Positions 38,048-49,284 of a DNA stretch of 64,000 nucleotides are shown piece by piece. The notes below the pieces were generated by a model. It was not told the DNA's origin. It ran no database searches and saw nothing but the letters and a program-made list of their open reading frames with translations. Within the stretch, counting starts at the first letter, position 1; each line of letters starts with the position of its first letter. The position numbers and the translations under genes were made by a program. This stretch comes from a virus (taxonomy: Duplodnaviria > Caudoviricetes): positions 1 to 64,000 of IMG/VR virus record IMGVR_UViG_3300010347_002008. One strand, written 5' to 3'.

Positions 38048-40024
38048 TTATGGAAAATGTGATGGATGTGAAGTATTTGTAGATCCAGCTCCCCTTGTAG
38101 TAGAACAACTGTTATAAGCATTAAGATATTTTTTCCAATAATAATATCTATTTGTTCCTATTTGAACATTTCCAGTTCCTGAAATTTTTGAAATACTCGA
38201 AATATATGCATATCCCATTGACTGTACCCATCGATCACTTTCGTAATCACAAGAAGGTCCTTGTACAATCGGATGATCGTAAGACCCCTCTCTCCAATAA
38301 CTTTTTATATAAACACTTGTGTCAATTGAAGGAGATATAGTAAATGTATTAGTCACTAAATTATATCCAGTTTGATTTGGATCAAAATTTGGATCTCTTC
38401 CACTATTTTGTGAAGAAATATTTGCTTCCGCAACATTTGTTTGCTTCGTCCAAATACCCCCACTTTTTCTCCATGTTTCAACCCATATATGAACTCTACG
38501 ACCAGTAGTTACTCCCCCTGCTGCAGCTCCCCACGCACCCATTTGAATGGTTACAGACGCAGATACATCAATAGTAGCCGATGGGGAACTTGTAAATACT
38601 AATTTTCCGTATGAATCAAATGCTACATAAACTTCTAATGGTGTCTGATTAACCGTTATTATTTGAGGAGAAGCTTCTGAATAAACATTAATATAACCTG
38701 TTCTGGATGTAGTGCCAGTAAGTTTAACTAAACTCACATCAAATGTAAATTCTCCAGGTCCAGCGCCTGAACCTCCTGACACATCAATCCACGTATAACT
38801 TCCTCGGTTGGCATTCCATCCTGTAAATGAATCTGTTGAAATATCAACACCATAAACATAAGTTCCTTTGTATGATTCGTATGGTGTAAATTCTCCTAAA
38901 TAATTAGCATTTAATATTTTAGATGCCGGATCTAAAATTGTCATAGTTGCAGGAGATCCAGTTTCTATAGTTTCTATTTTTAGAGATTGTCTTTCCCACC
39001 CGTCCTTTTTAAGTATCATATAATATTCATAAGTTGTTCCGATACTTAAATCATTTATGATTACATAACCGGAAGGATCAACATCATGAATAATTAAAGG
39101 CTTAAATATAGAAGCATTAATGGCCCAAGTTCCACTTGCTGCTTGTTTTTTATTAAAAACAATGGTACCTTTAATAGATGGATCATAATATCCTGGAGTA
39201 AAATCTTCAAGATTCCAGACTAAACGAGCATATTCACCAAGAGGCTGAAGAATAAATGAAGCTGGTTGCTCCTCAAATATTGGATCAAATAAAATATTTG
39301 TAGCCTTTTCTGCATTTGATATTACAGTTCCACTTGGAGTATTTGTTTTAAATCTATTTGAATCTTGACGGTTTACTAATAATAATGAAACATCCAATGT
39401 TAAATTAGTGTCTCTAAGATTTCCACTTTCTAAATTTCCAATTCTAAAACCATCATTATCTTTAAAAATAGCTAACGCTTTATGCTCATCAATATCTGCT
39501 TGTTCAGCGCATGAATATAATGTAAAAGCTGATACATCTGTAAATTCAATACGAGTGAAGTCTTGCAAATTAATTCCATAAATATTTCCCAGAACTAAAT
39601 AACTAGATTTTGTCGAAAAATTATTATCTATCAAATAATTAGTTGAGGCACTATGAATATTTGAATATCTTTCAAATCCTGTGATAGTATCATATATAGG
39701 GGGAACGTGAGATTCAAAAAATTCTGACTTTGATAACGCTGCTCCTGTATTTGTAAATTCATCCTCTGAAGCATCAATTTGATAAATATAACCTCTTGAA
39801 CTTACAAATAAATCACCAGATTGATAAACTCTTCCTCCAGGAAGCTTTACTCCGGGGGTTGATGACCACATAACATAATCATTACGTATGCAATCTTCAA
39901 TGCGTAATAAATCAAATACAGGATCAAAGTCTGTGAAATACAATGCAAGACCTTGAAGGCCTGCAGATCCATCTCCTCCTTTAGCTCCGTATCCTAATAA
40001 TCCTGGTGAATATTGAAATTTCAT
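38048..40024 (-). CDS. Tail-associated protein with BACON-like domain, paralog of 35928-38003
   Basis: Shared N-terminus (KF.Y.PG..GYG.KG..G..G.QGLA.YFT); TWIDVSGGSG...SRTGYI...ITVNQ. Confidence 0.65.
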   Translation of the reverse strand: MKFQYSPGLLGYGAKGGDGSAGLQGLALYFTDFDPVFDLLRIEDCIRNDYVMWSSTPGVKLPGGRVYQSGDLFVSSRGYIYQIDASEDEFTNTGAALSKSEFFESHVPPIYDTITGFERYSNIHSASTNYLIDNNFSTKSSYLVLGNIYGINLQDFTRIEFTDVSAFTLYSCAEQADIDEHKALAIFKDNDGFRIGNLESGNLRDTNLTLDVSLLLVNRQDSNRFKTNTPSGTVISNAEKATNILFDPIFEEQPASFILQPLGEYARLVWNLEDFTPGYYDPSIKGTIVFNKKQAASGTWAINASIFKPLIIHDVDPSGYVIINDLSIGTTYEYYMILKKDGWERQSLKIETIETGSPATMTILDPASKILNANYLGEFTPYESYKGTYVYGVDISTDSFTGWNANRGSYTWIDVSGGSGAGPGEFTFDVSLVKLTGTTSRTGYINVYSEASPQIITVNQTPLEVYVAFDSYGKLVFTSSPSATIDVSASVTIQMGAWGAAAGGVTTGRRVHIWVETWRKSGGIWTKQTNVAEANISSQNSGRDPNFDPNQTGYNLVTNTFTISPSIDTSVYIKSYWREGSYDHPIVQGPSCDYESDRWVQSMGYAYISSISKISGTGNVQIGTNRYYYWKKYLNAYNSCSTTRGAGSTNTSHPSHFP

Positions 40025-40029
40025 AATTA

Positions 40030-43000
40030 TTATTTTTCAGTTAAAGTAAATGATACAAAATATGAAAAACTTCCAGTTTTAGGAATAGTTATCTTATAAA
40101 TGTATTCGTCATTTTCATAAACTAATTGGCCATTAAAATTCTGTTTATTGTCATTTATAAACCCAGTTCCTAAAGTGTAATATAATACTTTAGAATCATA
40201 AGGTTTATAATAAAAGTTGACAAGTATTTTTGGCTGACTAATATTATAATAAGTTAAAACGGTGTTTTTTACATAACCATCAATTATATTGTCTGTATTA
40301 GAAAATTCGGACCAATTAGATAAGAATGTATTATTTGTTTTGAACATTGATAAAATGGCTCTTGTTAAATTATAGGAAAAAACATATTCTGTTGAACTTT
40401 CAGTATAAGTAGCCAAAGTAACATCCCAGTTTTGTAGTGTAATTTGGTTCGGAAATTTTGGTAATTTAGATCCAAAAAATGAAGGTAACTCATCTAAAGA
40501 TTCATATCCACTTACATCAGTTACTATTGAACCATTCCACAATTTAAAATAATTAGCATCCCATAAAGCTTTAAACACGTTAAAATTAGATACGTAAGAA
40601 ATAGCATTTCCGGCACTAACATCTGCTTGTGTAACTTCTTCAACAACTTTATTATACCATAATTGCGGAATATTATTGTAAGCACGCAAATTTGTATTAC
40701 TAAAGGTAAAGTCTCTATCAACAATATTTACAAAATCTGCATTTTCGTCTGATTTAAATTCAAGAATGTTATTGAAACTAGGTTTAAACCATCCGTTATA
40801 TGTTGTCATTCCCATATATGATCTTGGTGGATTTATCTTTATAGTTATAGGATTAATGTTTGAACCAAAATCAAAACTATTATAAACTTCATTTCCTCTA
40901 ATTATATAGTACATGACATAATTATATGAAGTTGATAACAAAAATTTTAATGTTGCAATATTTGTTGTATTGTTTACATACCAGTTCTTATTGTTATTGT
41001 AGTTATATCCGTAGTTTAGAACGTAATTTCCATATGTATTTGAATTTTGGAAGTAATTGTAATCTACATATTGTGAGAATGTTTGATAATTTTTGTGTGA
41101 ATCCACATTGAATGTTAATCCTGATAAAGTATTGGTTCCAAATGCGTTCCATGCAGAATTAAACAACCCCTTGTTTAACTGAGCATATGGCTGAACAGTT
41201 CCATTATTATATGTAAGTGCAACATCATAATATCTTTCAATTCCTTTATTAATTGTGGAGTTATTTACTATAAACGGGGTTTTTACAAAACAATATGTTG
41301 ATGATTCAATAGTTGTGCCTGTAACAAATCCTAAATCTGATGGATCTAATAAAGATTTCCCTGGTAAAAATGTGGAGTAACGAATATTATAATTAAGCTC
41401 ATCATTACCCTGATACCAGATCATCAAGATAGTCTTTGTATTTTCATTTATAATAACTTCTATAGGACGCTTATTATCTTTATTTCTTGAAGGAGTTGAA
41501 ATAAATGAGAATCTATATCGATCATATGACTTTATATCCAATGTATTTTTTGCCGCATTTTCAACCTTTATTGATAAATTCAATCCCATGAAAATAACAT
41601 CTATAGTATTTTTATATTGATTGTAGTAAACAATAGATGATCTTGTTTTTGTTGCATCTACATTATAATTAGAATAAACTAATTTTGAAAAATAATCATC
41701 ATAAGGATATTTAAACATCAATTCCTTAAAGGTGTAGTAATCAGTTCCATCATAAACTACATCATTAATATCATAAAATACATAATCTTGCCAAGCTCTT
41801 CCACATGGTGTTAAATATTTAAACACAGGATAAGAAATTTCCTGAGTGAAATTCTCATCGTCAGGGATAAAGTTAGTACTTACATCAAGTATATTATCAT
41901 TTAAAATTAATCTAAATGGATTATTACGACAGTCATTTCCCAAACCATTCCATTTTGAAACTAAAGGAATAGTTAATCCATAAGTTAAAAGTGTACTAGA
42001 ATCATAGTAATCAGCAATATTTTCTTCATTTCCAGCTGCTCCACTCTTATAGCTCTTATATGTATAAGATCCATTAAGTATACCATAAGTAATTATAGTG
42101 TTTGATGTTGCCTCGAAATAAATACTAGAATCAAAGGTATTCATCAATGTTAATGGGGTATATGGAGTAGTTATCCCATTTTGAGTTTTATTTCCATCTC
42201 CTGTTTGTACAATATAAGATCCTGGCAATTCCAATGTATAATTAGAACCAGCAGCAATTGAAATGGAGTAAGTACTTAGGTCACAATCTCTATTGTATTT
42301 GTATTGACTAGTAAATCCTAAATTTTGATTATCATAAACAGTATAATCAATATCTTTAACAGGGTTTATACCCATTAATGATAAGTTCAATGGATAAATG
42401 TTGTATGCATTAAATTTAGATTTAACTAATTGTATTTCATATGAGGTCATGACTAATACCTTGTCAGTCTCATGAAGAGGATCTTTAACATATTGATAAT
42501 AATTATTCGATACGTCAAAGTGTAATAATCTTCGATACCATAAATCTGTTCCTTGATATAATGTTGGTTCCTCAAATTTATCTAATACATTTTTAGAAGC
42601 GTCGAAACTATAAAGGTTGTTTGTTTGGCGATCAATAAAATCAACAATTATATTTTGACGATTTCCATAAATTTCAAAATCTATAGGTCCGTATAATGCA
42701 CTAATATCAATAATGTCAAAATCACTTGAAGATGGTGTAAATACTCCAAAGAAAGTAATATCTTCAGGTTTGGCAGCAGTATTGAATCCAGAACATGGAT
42801 CGCTAAAATCATTTAACGTTGGGGCAGAAATTCTTTGGAATTTCCATCCGTCACTTGTACAAGCATCATCATTTAAAATAATTGAAACCCAATTATTTCC
42901 TCTTATTCCTGATCTAAAATATGTTCCTTCGTAATCCCCAAACCTGTCAAATGCATTTTCAATTTGTTTAATCTGATATTGAATGTCACCATTCATATCA

Positions 43001-44718
43001 AAATATGTACGATAAACAGTTGGATGATAACCATTTTCGTCTATAGACGTTGTACAATATGGTTCACATTCCATTCCGCTAGCGTCTATGCTATAAACTT
43101 CCCATATTTTATTTTGAGCCACATTGATAACTCTTAAATGTTCACCCTGTTCAAGTGGGTTATTTAGTGTTAAAGTAATAAATGGATTTATATTGGTCTT
43201 TTCTGCAGTAACGCTGAATAGGTTTTTATATGGTTTACTTACATAAGGATTCGAAATGTTAGTTTCGTTTACTTGATTAACATTTGTAATTCTTCGTAAT
43301 TGAACTTCATCGTTTAATACAAATATTCTATTTCGATATTCATCTGTTACATAACCATTTATTGGATCAAATATAACAGAAGAGTTCATAAATACGCTGC
43401 TGTCTTTACCGTCCAAAGATATAATCTCAATAGGACCCGATGATGAATCTGAATAATATGCAAGCTTATATAATACGTTTTCTGTTAAATAAAATCCAAA
43501 ATATCTATGCATTGTATATAGACTAACGTCTTCATCACTAAATACATACTCAAGATTTACGATATTAGGACATAACAACGTATTTCTTTCAAACCCCTGA
43601 GATACAAAAGCATTTAAATCTGTGAAATTTTGTGCCTTTTGATTAAAGAAATATGTTGTTTCAGATCTTCCCGTAACAATACCTTTATCTACAGCTATGC
43701 CATACCAAGTATTTGGATCTGATTCGGCCTTTACAAGACTTGGATCAGTTAAAGATAAGAATACCGGAGCCTGAATTTTAACAACATCTGCCATATGTGT
43801 TGCTAAATATTTTCCTAGAGGAGCCTCAGGTTTTAAACTCCAACTTCTTATTAAATCACTATCTTCTAAATATTTAAAGGCTAAATCTTCTAAATTTGAA
43901 CTTGTATATGTTGATGGATTGTATACACCTCCTAATCTAAAAATTGCAAAATAATCTGGCAATTTAGAATTTATCCATAGAGGCGCTAATAAACCGTTAT
44001 CCTCAGGATATAATTCATCACGAATTAATCTAGCACCATAATTATAAGTTACGTTATATTGATTTTTGTAATCAGTTTTTGGAATTCCTATTTCTAAGGT
44101 ATTTTCAACGTCTACACGATAAAGTTCTCCTAATGGAAGCGTTGAAAAAACATTTCGAATATCCCCAGCCAAAGCGCTGTTTCCAGAAACAACTTGATGA
44201 CGATATTTTTTATTGGAAAGAATATCAGAAACTTTAAATGTGTCAAGATATAAATAATTACTAGGATCAATAACAAGCTTAATATTCCCTGTAAATTTAG
44301 GATTGGTTCGCATCAACATATATGATGCTTCGTCATCAATTAAAAGATCTTCATTTGTGTAAGTATTAATAATTCCTTCACCTACAATAAATGGTCTGTT
44401 TTTTATTGATACATCTATTGTTTCAATTTTATTTGAAAAATCGGAACTATCATAAATATTGAAACTTAATATCGTATCAAATTTGTAATTTTTATTTGTG
44501 AAAATTTGAAATGAAGCAGCGTCCATCAAGGAGTTTAACACAAGTGAAAATCCTAAAGAAACCTCATATTTATTAATGTCCAAACCATTAACATATAAAA
44601 TATTTTCTCCGATATTACAAGAAGGACAAATCCATTGTTCTGTTCCATCGAAAATAAAATTTAAAAATGCTTCCGGATTTTTGGAAGTTAATATTGCAGT
44701 GTTATTAAATAGCTTCAT
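40030..44718 (-). CDS. Large virion structural protein (baseplate/tail-associated)
   Basis: 1562 aa, N/Y/S/T-rich, inside the tail gene cluster. Confidence 0.55.
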   Translation of the reverse strand: MKLFNNTAILTSKNPEAFLNFIFDGTEQWICPSCNIGENILYVNGLDINKYEVSLGFSLVLNSLMDAASFQIFTNKNYKFDTILSFNIYDSSDFSNKIETIDVSIKNRPFIVGEGIINTYTNEDLLIDDEASYMLMRTNPKFTGNIKLVIDPSNYLYLDTFKVSDILSNKKYRHQVVSGNSALAGDIRNVFSTLPLGELYRVDVENTLEIGIPKTDYKNQYNVTYNYGARLIRDELYPEDNGLLAPLWINSKLPDYFAIFRLGGVYNPSTYTSSNLEDLAFKYLEDSDLIRSWSLKPEAPLGKYLATHMADVVKIQAPVFLSLTDPSLVKAESDPNTWYGIAVDKGIVTGRSETTYFFNQKAQNFTDLNAFVSQGFERNTLLCPNIVNLEYVFSDEDVSLYTMHRYFGFYLTENVLYKLAYYSDSSSGPIEIISLDGKDSSVFMNSSVIFDPINGYVTDEYRNRIFVLNDEVQLRRITNVNQVNETNISNPYVSKPYKNLFSVTAEKTNINPFITLTLNNPLEQGEHLRVINVAQNKIWEVYSIDASGMECEPYCTTSIDENGYHPTVYRTYFDMNGDIQYQIKQIENAFDRFGDYEGTYFRSGIRGNNWVSIILNDDACTSDGWKFQRISAPTLNDFSDPCSGFNTAAKPEDITFFGVFTPSSSDFDIIDISALYGPIDFEIYGNRQNIIVDFIDRQTNNLYSFDASKNVLDKFEEPTLYQGTDLWYRRLLHFDVSNNYYQYVKDPLHETDKVLVMTSYEIQLVKSKFNAYNIYPLNLSLMGINPVKDIDYTVYDNQNLGFTSQYKYNRDCDLSTYSISIAAGSNYTLELPGSYIVQTGDGNKTQNGITTPYTPLTLMNTFDSSIYFEATSNTIITYGILNGSYTYKSYKSGAAGNEENIADYYDSSTLLTYGLTIPLVSKWNGLGNDCRNNPFRLILNDNILDVSTNFIPDDENFTQEISYPVFKYLTPCGRAWQDYVFYDINDVVYDGTDYYTFKELMFKYPYDDYFSKLVYSNYNVDATKTRSSIVYYNQYKNTIDVIFMGLNLSIKVENAAKNTLDIKSYDRYRFSFISTPSRNKDNKRPIEVIINENTKTILMIWYQGNDELNYNIRYSTFLPGKSLLDPSDLGFVTGTTIESSTYCFVKTPFIVNNSTINKGIERYYDVALTYNNGTVQPYAQLNKGLFNSAWNAFGTNTLSGLTFNVDSHKNYQTFSQYVDYNYFQNSNTYGNYVLNYGYNYNNNKNWYVNNTTNIATLKFLLSTSYNYVMYYIIRGNEVYNSFDFGSNINPITIKINPPRSYMGMTTYNGWFKPSFNNILEFKSDENADFVNIVDRDFTFSNTNLRAYNNIPQLWYNKVVEEVTQADVSAGNAISYVSNFNVFKALWDANYFKLWNGSIVTDVSGYESLDELPSFFGSKLPKFPNQITLQNWDVTLATYTESSTEYVFSYNLTRAILSMFKTNNTFLSNWSEFSNTDNIIDGYVKNTVLTYYNISQPKILVNFYYKPYDSKVLYYTLGTGFINDNKQNFNGQLVYENDEYIYKITIPKTGSFSYFVSFTLTEK

Positions 44719-44728
44719 TCTTTATTTT

Positions 44729-47017
44729 TTAAGATAATGCTTCATATACTGAAGGATCTAAATTAACGAGTGCTTGGATCCATTGTTGCAATGTTTTTGT
44801 TAATTGATCAGGCTCTGACAATGGAAGTCCGGTTGGTTTAGTTATTGTAATATATGTATTTGGGGCTAAAGAAGATAATTGACTTTGTAAGTCAGTTGTT
44901 TTTACTTCTGATACTATTCCCGCAGAATCTTTGACGGGAAGGTCATATGAAATATTAACAGCCTGATGTTTGAAATATGTTCCAGACCCGGCTAATGGGT
45001 TTGGAATACTATCATTTAAGTGAGTATAAACTCCTGCTGAATTTAATGTTTCATCTAATTTTATGGCTTGTTCATCTGCCGCTGCATCTTCTAATATATT
45101 TACAACTTGATCTGATCCTTCAAGATTAGACGGAAACTCCATAATAACAGTGCTTGACCAATCAGATTTTAATGGATTTAATGGCCATCCAGCTTCAGAA
45201 ATAGATCTAATCTTTATTTCAACCTTTTCTCCTTTTGTTATTGGAATATCTACTTGATTAATATTTACTTGTTCACCATCTGCAATATCTTCTTCTTCCC
45301 AAGAATATGTTCCTGTACTTGCATCTAAAACTTTTTTCTTAATTGGAGATGATACGATTGTCCAGTCTGTAAATGTCCCTCTAACAATCTGTCCAGTACT
45401 TGGGTCGGCATGTTCAAAGGTGTTTAGGGAAATTCCAGTGTTATCTAACTTTAAGTATCTATATGCTATTTCAAATTGAATAACTTGTTGTGGAGGTGTT
45501 CCCTTAGGATCTGGGATAGAAAAGAATCCTCTTATCCTATATTTAGGATCAGCCATCACAGCTGAATTTTCGTATGCAATTGTGGCAAGAGATCTAACTA
45601 ATGATTGATATTCGACTGTTTTCTTTGATAAATCATTAATATTAGCTGTTATTTTTGAATTCAAGTCAGCTCTTTGAGCTACATCAGTTAATTCAACTAA
45701 TTGAGCTTTTTGTTGTGCAATAGTAGTTTTTAAACTATTGATAATTGTTTTTGTAGATTCTATTTGTGTTTGTGTATTTTTGATTGCCTCTGTATCAAGA
45801 GCGGCATTCATCTGAGTGTTTATCTGTTTAACTGCAAAATCACTAGCCGTAAATGTTGGAGCATCCGGTTTTACACCATAGAATGCAGGAATAAATTTTT
45901 CTTTTGCTTGTCCTTCAAGTTGTTTTCCAAAATCAGAAACTGTATTAAAATAATATGTTGCAAAATCAGTTGTACTATCCACAAGGGTTAAATCATTTGT
46001 GTAGAAATTAACTGATGTACCCCAGTTGTCTGCAATAACGTTAAAATCATCATTAACACCTTTGAAGAAAATTATATCACATTCATTATATCCTACCGGA
46101 ACTTGAACTAATTTTTCTTCAAATGGAGTCGAGTATATGTAAAAATAATCATTAATGGTTGGTTTGCCCATTCCCACAAGAGCAATAAGTTTAACTCTTT
46201 TCTCAGTAATTTCAATAGATTCAATTTTGTAAATACTGTCTCCATATCTCAATTGATCACCTATTTTCAATTCAACGTTATTAACAACTGTAAAATCTGT
46301 TGTTAATCCAAAATTAACTGTATCTAAATAGAACCATTCAGCATTATTAATAACACCCTTATTAACGATTAAAAATTTACCTGTATATTCAGTAGGTTTT
46401 AATGGAAGTTCTTCAACTTGTTCATCAAGCCAGTATCTCTTTCCATTAACATTCATTATATTAACAACTTCTTCATATGTAAATTGCTTTCCAATGAAAG
46501 TGTCTTTAAACCATTGTGTTTGTTCATCATTATAATTATCAAATATAACTCTTCTAACAACTACTCTATCAGAACGATCATCTATTTTCCCCTTTAATTC
46601 AAATTCAACATAAAGTTGAGGTTCCATCATTGATTCAAAGAACCAATTACTTCTAGCATTGAATTTTGTAGGTGCAGGTATTGCAGTTATTGGTGCAGGA
46701 GATTTTGCAACGGGAACCGTAGTAACTTCTCTATAAGTTCCATCATTTAATAAGACAACTCCTTGACCACTAACAAATACATCAACAGTATTCGAAATTC
46801 TATTTAATTGATTTAAAATATAGTGATATGAAGGAATGCTATATGTATAAATAGAAGCATCTCCAGTTATCGGGTCATTCCCTGCAACTTCAACTACAAC
46901 TGAATCATTTTCAGTTGTGAGCGAGTTATTTAACTCAACCATCGAATTAAGAGCTATATTGACGTTGTTTGTAAGGTCAATAACTGATTGAGCAAATGAG
47001 TTAGTACTGTTTAACAT
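44729..47017 (-). CDS. Putative virion structural protein with central coiled coil
   Basis: 762 aa; NWFFESMMEPQLYV motif; heptads around residues 410-480. Confidence 0.55.
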   Translation of the reverse strand: MLNSTNSFAQSVIDLTNNVNIALNSMVELNNSLTTENDSVVVEVAGNDPITGDASIYTYSIPSYHYILNQLNRISNTVDVFVSGQGVVLLNDGTYREVTTVPVAKSPAPITAIPAPTKFNARSNWFFESMMEPQLYVEFELKGKIDDRSDRVVVRRVIFDNYNDEQTQWFKDTFIGKQFTYEEVVNIMNVNGKRYWLDEQVEELPLKPTEYTGKFLIVNKGVINNAEWFYLDTVNFGLTTDFTVVNNVELKIGDQLRYGDSIYKIESIEITEKRVKLIALVGMGKPTINDYFYIYSTPFEEKLVQVPVGYNECDIIFFKGVNDDFNVIADNWGTSVNFYTNDLTLVDSTTDFATYYFNTVSDFGKQLEGQAKEKFIPAFYGVKPDAPTFTASDFAVKQINTQMNAALDTEAIKNTQTQIESTKTIINSLKTTIAQQKAQLVELTDVAQRADLNSKITANINDLSKKTVEYQSLVRSLATIAYENSAVMADPKYRIRGFFSIPDPKGTPPQQVIQFEIAYRYLKLDNTGISLNTFEHADPSTGQIVRGTFTDWTIVSSPIKKKVLDASTGTYSWEEEDIADGEQVNINQVDIPITKGEKVEIKIRSISEAGWPLNPLKSDWSSTVIMEFPSNLEGSDQVVNILEDAAADEQAIKLDETLNSAGVYTHLNDSIPNPLAGSGTYFKHQAVNISYDLPVKDSAGIVSEVKTTDLQSQLSSLAPNTYITITKPTGLPLSEPDQLTKTLQQWIQALVNLDPSVYEALS

Positions 47018-47028
47018 ATTTTATTTTT

Positions 47029-47541
47029 TTATATTATTGATCCATCAGGTGTAAACGTAAATCCCACGCTTGAGTCATTAAACGATAAGAATAAATTACT
47101 TCCATCTAATGTAAATTTCCAAAGTCCTAATCCAAATGATGTTGTGAATGTCGGTTGATCGACAGGGGCCTTTAAACCAATGGAAGCTTCTAAATAATCT
47201 ATAGCAGCTTCAGCGTACGAGGCATCTGCTTTATTAATATCTTCATCGTTAATGTTCTCCATAAAGAAATCCATTTCAGCATTTAAAGACGAATCATCCC
47301 AAACAAATCCTTGACCCGCAACTTGATCTATTTTTGAACGTAAAATAGCTCCGTGTAATGCAGAATTATTGAACAGGTCAATTAAAACATCAGGATATTG
47401 AGTTTCATTATCTGTATCAAGATAGGGAATCCAATCTTTTCCTCTTTGAGCCTTAAAAATAGGAGCAGAATTTTTAGGGTCTAAAGCTTGAGAGAGATAA
47501 ATATCCTGTGCTTCGATTGGTATCATTTCATTAAATTCCAT
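47029..47541 (-). CDS. Chimeric ORF: N-terminal fragment resembling a small-phage portal fused to a tail-protein-like C-terminus
   Basis: DWIPYLDTDNETQYPDVLIDLFNNSALHGAILRSKIDQVAGQG resembles portal N-termini of Bacteroidota phages; only 170 aa. Confidence 0.5.
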   Translation of the reverse strand: MEFNEMIPIEAQDIYLSQALDPKNSAPIFKAQRGKDWIPYLDTDNETQYPDVLIDLFNNSALHGAILRSKIDQVAGQGFVWDDSSLNAEMDFFMENINDEDINKADASYAEAAIDYLEASIGLKAPVDQPTFTTSFGLGLWKFTLDGSNLFLSFNDSSVGFTFTPDGSII

Positions 47542-47577
47542 AGTTTTAATTTTATATTTATAAGGCTAAAGCCATTT

Positions 47578-49038
47578 TTAACCTTTTACCGTCCATCCTT
47601 TAGATGTTGCTATTGTTGCATCATATCCTCCAACACCTATTCCTGGATTTCCTTTTATATAAATTGATTTAGATGTGACAGTTGGTAATGAAGCAAATAA
47701 AGCGTTTAGTGCTGTATCATCTAAATTACAATATCTTACATAACAATGTTGAGCAAACTGGCCTGCTGTCGAGTTTACTAATACGGATCTTGTCACATTA
47801 TTTGCATATGTATCTCCAGATTCAACACCTATTAATAATTTAGAACATAAACAATTTATTGAAACATCTAATAATGAATCATTGTTTGTTAATCTAAATA
47901 ATCTTGCAGTTGATGTGGTTAAAACATCAAAGTTAGCAGTTTCTAAAGCTGTATTTGAATAAACTTGGCATCCTGTTGTGGGTGTTGATGTGAATGTAAT
48001 ATTTTTTAATTTTATATTATTGTAAATATTAAATGAAGCGCCAGCAGAACTTAATGATGGAACTGTTAAATCAGTTAAAGATGTATTTGTTAAATTGAAA
48101 TTAGTACAGGCAGGCAAATCTGAAGGTAAAATCAATTCTTCTACATCCGGTCCTGCTGGATTTACAGTTGTTGCTGCTGTTAAATCGTCAACAGTTATTT
48201 TTCTAACACCAGAAATACCAGTAATAGAAAATGATGTTGCATTTGCCACTCCAGTAAAACTTAATTCTGAGGCATCTGAAATACAAACAAATGGATTTAA
48301 CATTGATGTAATAGCCCCAAAGGTTGTCGGAATATTAAATTTTAATTTAGGGCATTGTAAAAAATAATCTAAATTAGTGACACTTGTCCAATCAATTGTA
48401 GGTAAAACTAATTCTTCAAGTTCAGCAGCCCCATAAAGCATATATGATAAATCAGTCACACTATTTTCAAAATCTTTAAATTTTACAGATTTTAAATAAG
48501 GACAACCAACTCCTCCACTTATATTAGAATCTATTGATTGTCCAAACATATAAGAAAAATTTGTAAAGGCTTGTAAATCTAATTCAGAATAAGCAGCTAA
48601 AACAGGAACAGTTGTTACATAATGATTAATCCCATTTGTAATAAATCTGAAGAATGTAAATATATCTTTTCCAGATATTCCATCTAATGGTTCTATCACA
48701 CATTTATAAGTTGTATATCCTTCAGAACAAGGGGTTCCTTCTCCTTTTACATATGTATGTGTTATAGGCACTCCACTACCTGCATTTTCAATTAACCCAT
48801 CACCCCAATCAATTTGATATTCAGGATAAACTGCAGTTGTTGCAAAAAATGCAAACATAACAGGTTCATCTCTAAATAAGAAAACAAGTTTACCATCGCC
48901 TTCTTCATATATTGATGGCCAATCACTTGGATATGTCCAACCACAAGATGGACAAGGCGTAGGTGTTGAAGTTGACACACTCAAGATTTGATCGTTATAC
49001 TTGAGTATTTGATCGTTATATTTTAATATTGAACTCAT
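47578..49038 (-). CDS. PKD-like + BspA/leucine-rich-repeat surface protein
   Basis: IDWGDG...THTY; repeated S/T-V-T-x-L/M units; C-terminal LNALFASLP...IKGNPG...IATSKGWTV. Confidence 0.65.
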   Translation of the reverse strand: MSSILKYNDQILKYNDQILSVSTSTPTPCPSCGWTYPSDWPSIYEEGDGKLVFLFRDEPVMFAFFATTAVYPEYQIDWGDGLIENAGSGVPITHTYVKGEGTPCSEGYTTYKCVIEPLDGISGKDIFTFFRFITNGINHYVTTVPVLAAYSELDLQAFTNFSYMFGQSIDSNISGGVGCPYLKSVKFKDFENSVTDLSYMLYGAAELEELVLPTIDWTSVTNLDYFLQCPKLKFNIPTTFGAITSMLNPFVCISDASELSFTGVANATSFSITGISGVRKITVDDLTAATTVNPAGPDVEELILPSDLPACTNFNLTNTSLTDLTVPSLSSAGASFNIYNNIKLKNITFTSTPTTGCQVYSNTALETANFDVLTTSTARLFRLTNNDSLLDVSINCLCSKLLIGVESGDTYANNVTRSVLVNSTAGQFAQHCYVRYCNLDDTALNALFASLPTVTSKSIYIKGNPGIGVGGYDATIATSKGWTVKG

Positions 49039-49048
49039 TAGTTATTAT

Positions 49049-49270
49049 TTATATTTCAATTTTTTCTCCAATAAATCCAGGAATTTCAACTTTAAAATAT
49101 TTTTCATTCCCTGTTAAATCATAATCATTATATGAATCTGTCAAATCATTTTCAAATTGCCAACGACCAATAAGACCATCCGTAGGAAAAGCAGGCGCAG
49201 CAGCTACTTCCATCCAAGTATATTGATGATTTATCTGAGCAAATTCATTATTATAAAGTCCGTAACTCAT
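49049..49270 (-). CDS. Truncated LamG/concanavalin-like domain fragment
   Basis: GLIGRWQFENDLTDS...LTG is the first strands of a LamG-type domain, then ends. Confidence 0.5.
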   Translation of the reverse strand: MSYGLYNNEFAQINHQYTWMEVAAAPAFPTDGLIGRWQFENDLTDSYNDYDLTGNEKYFKVEIPGFIGEKIEI

Positions 49271-49284
49271 TGAATATTAATATT

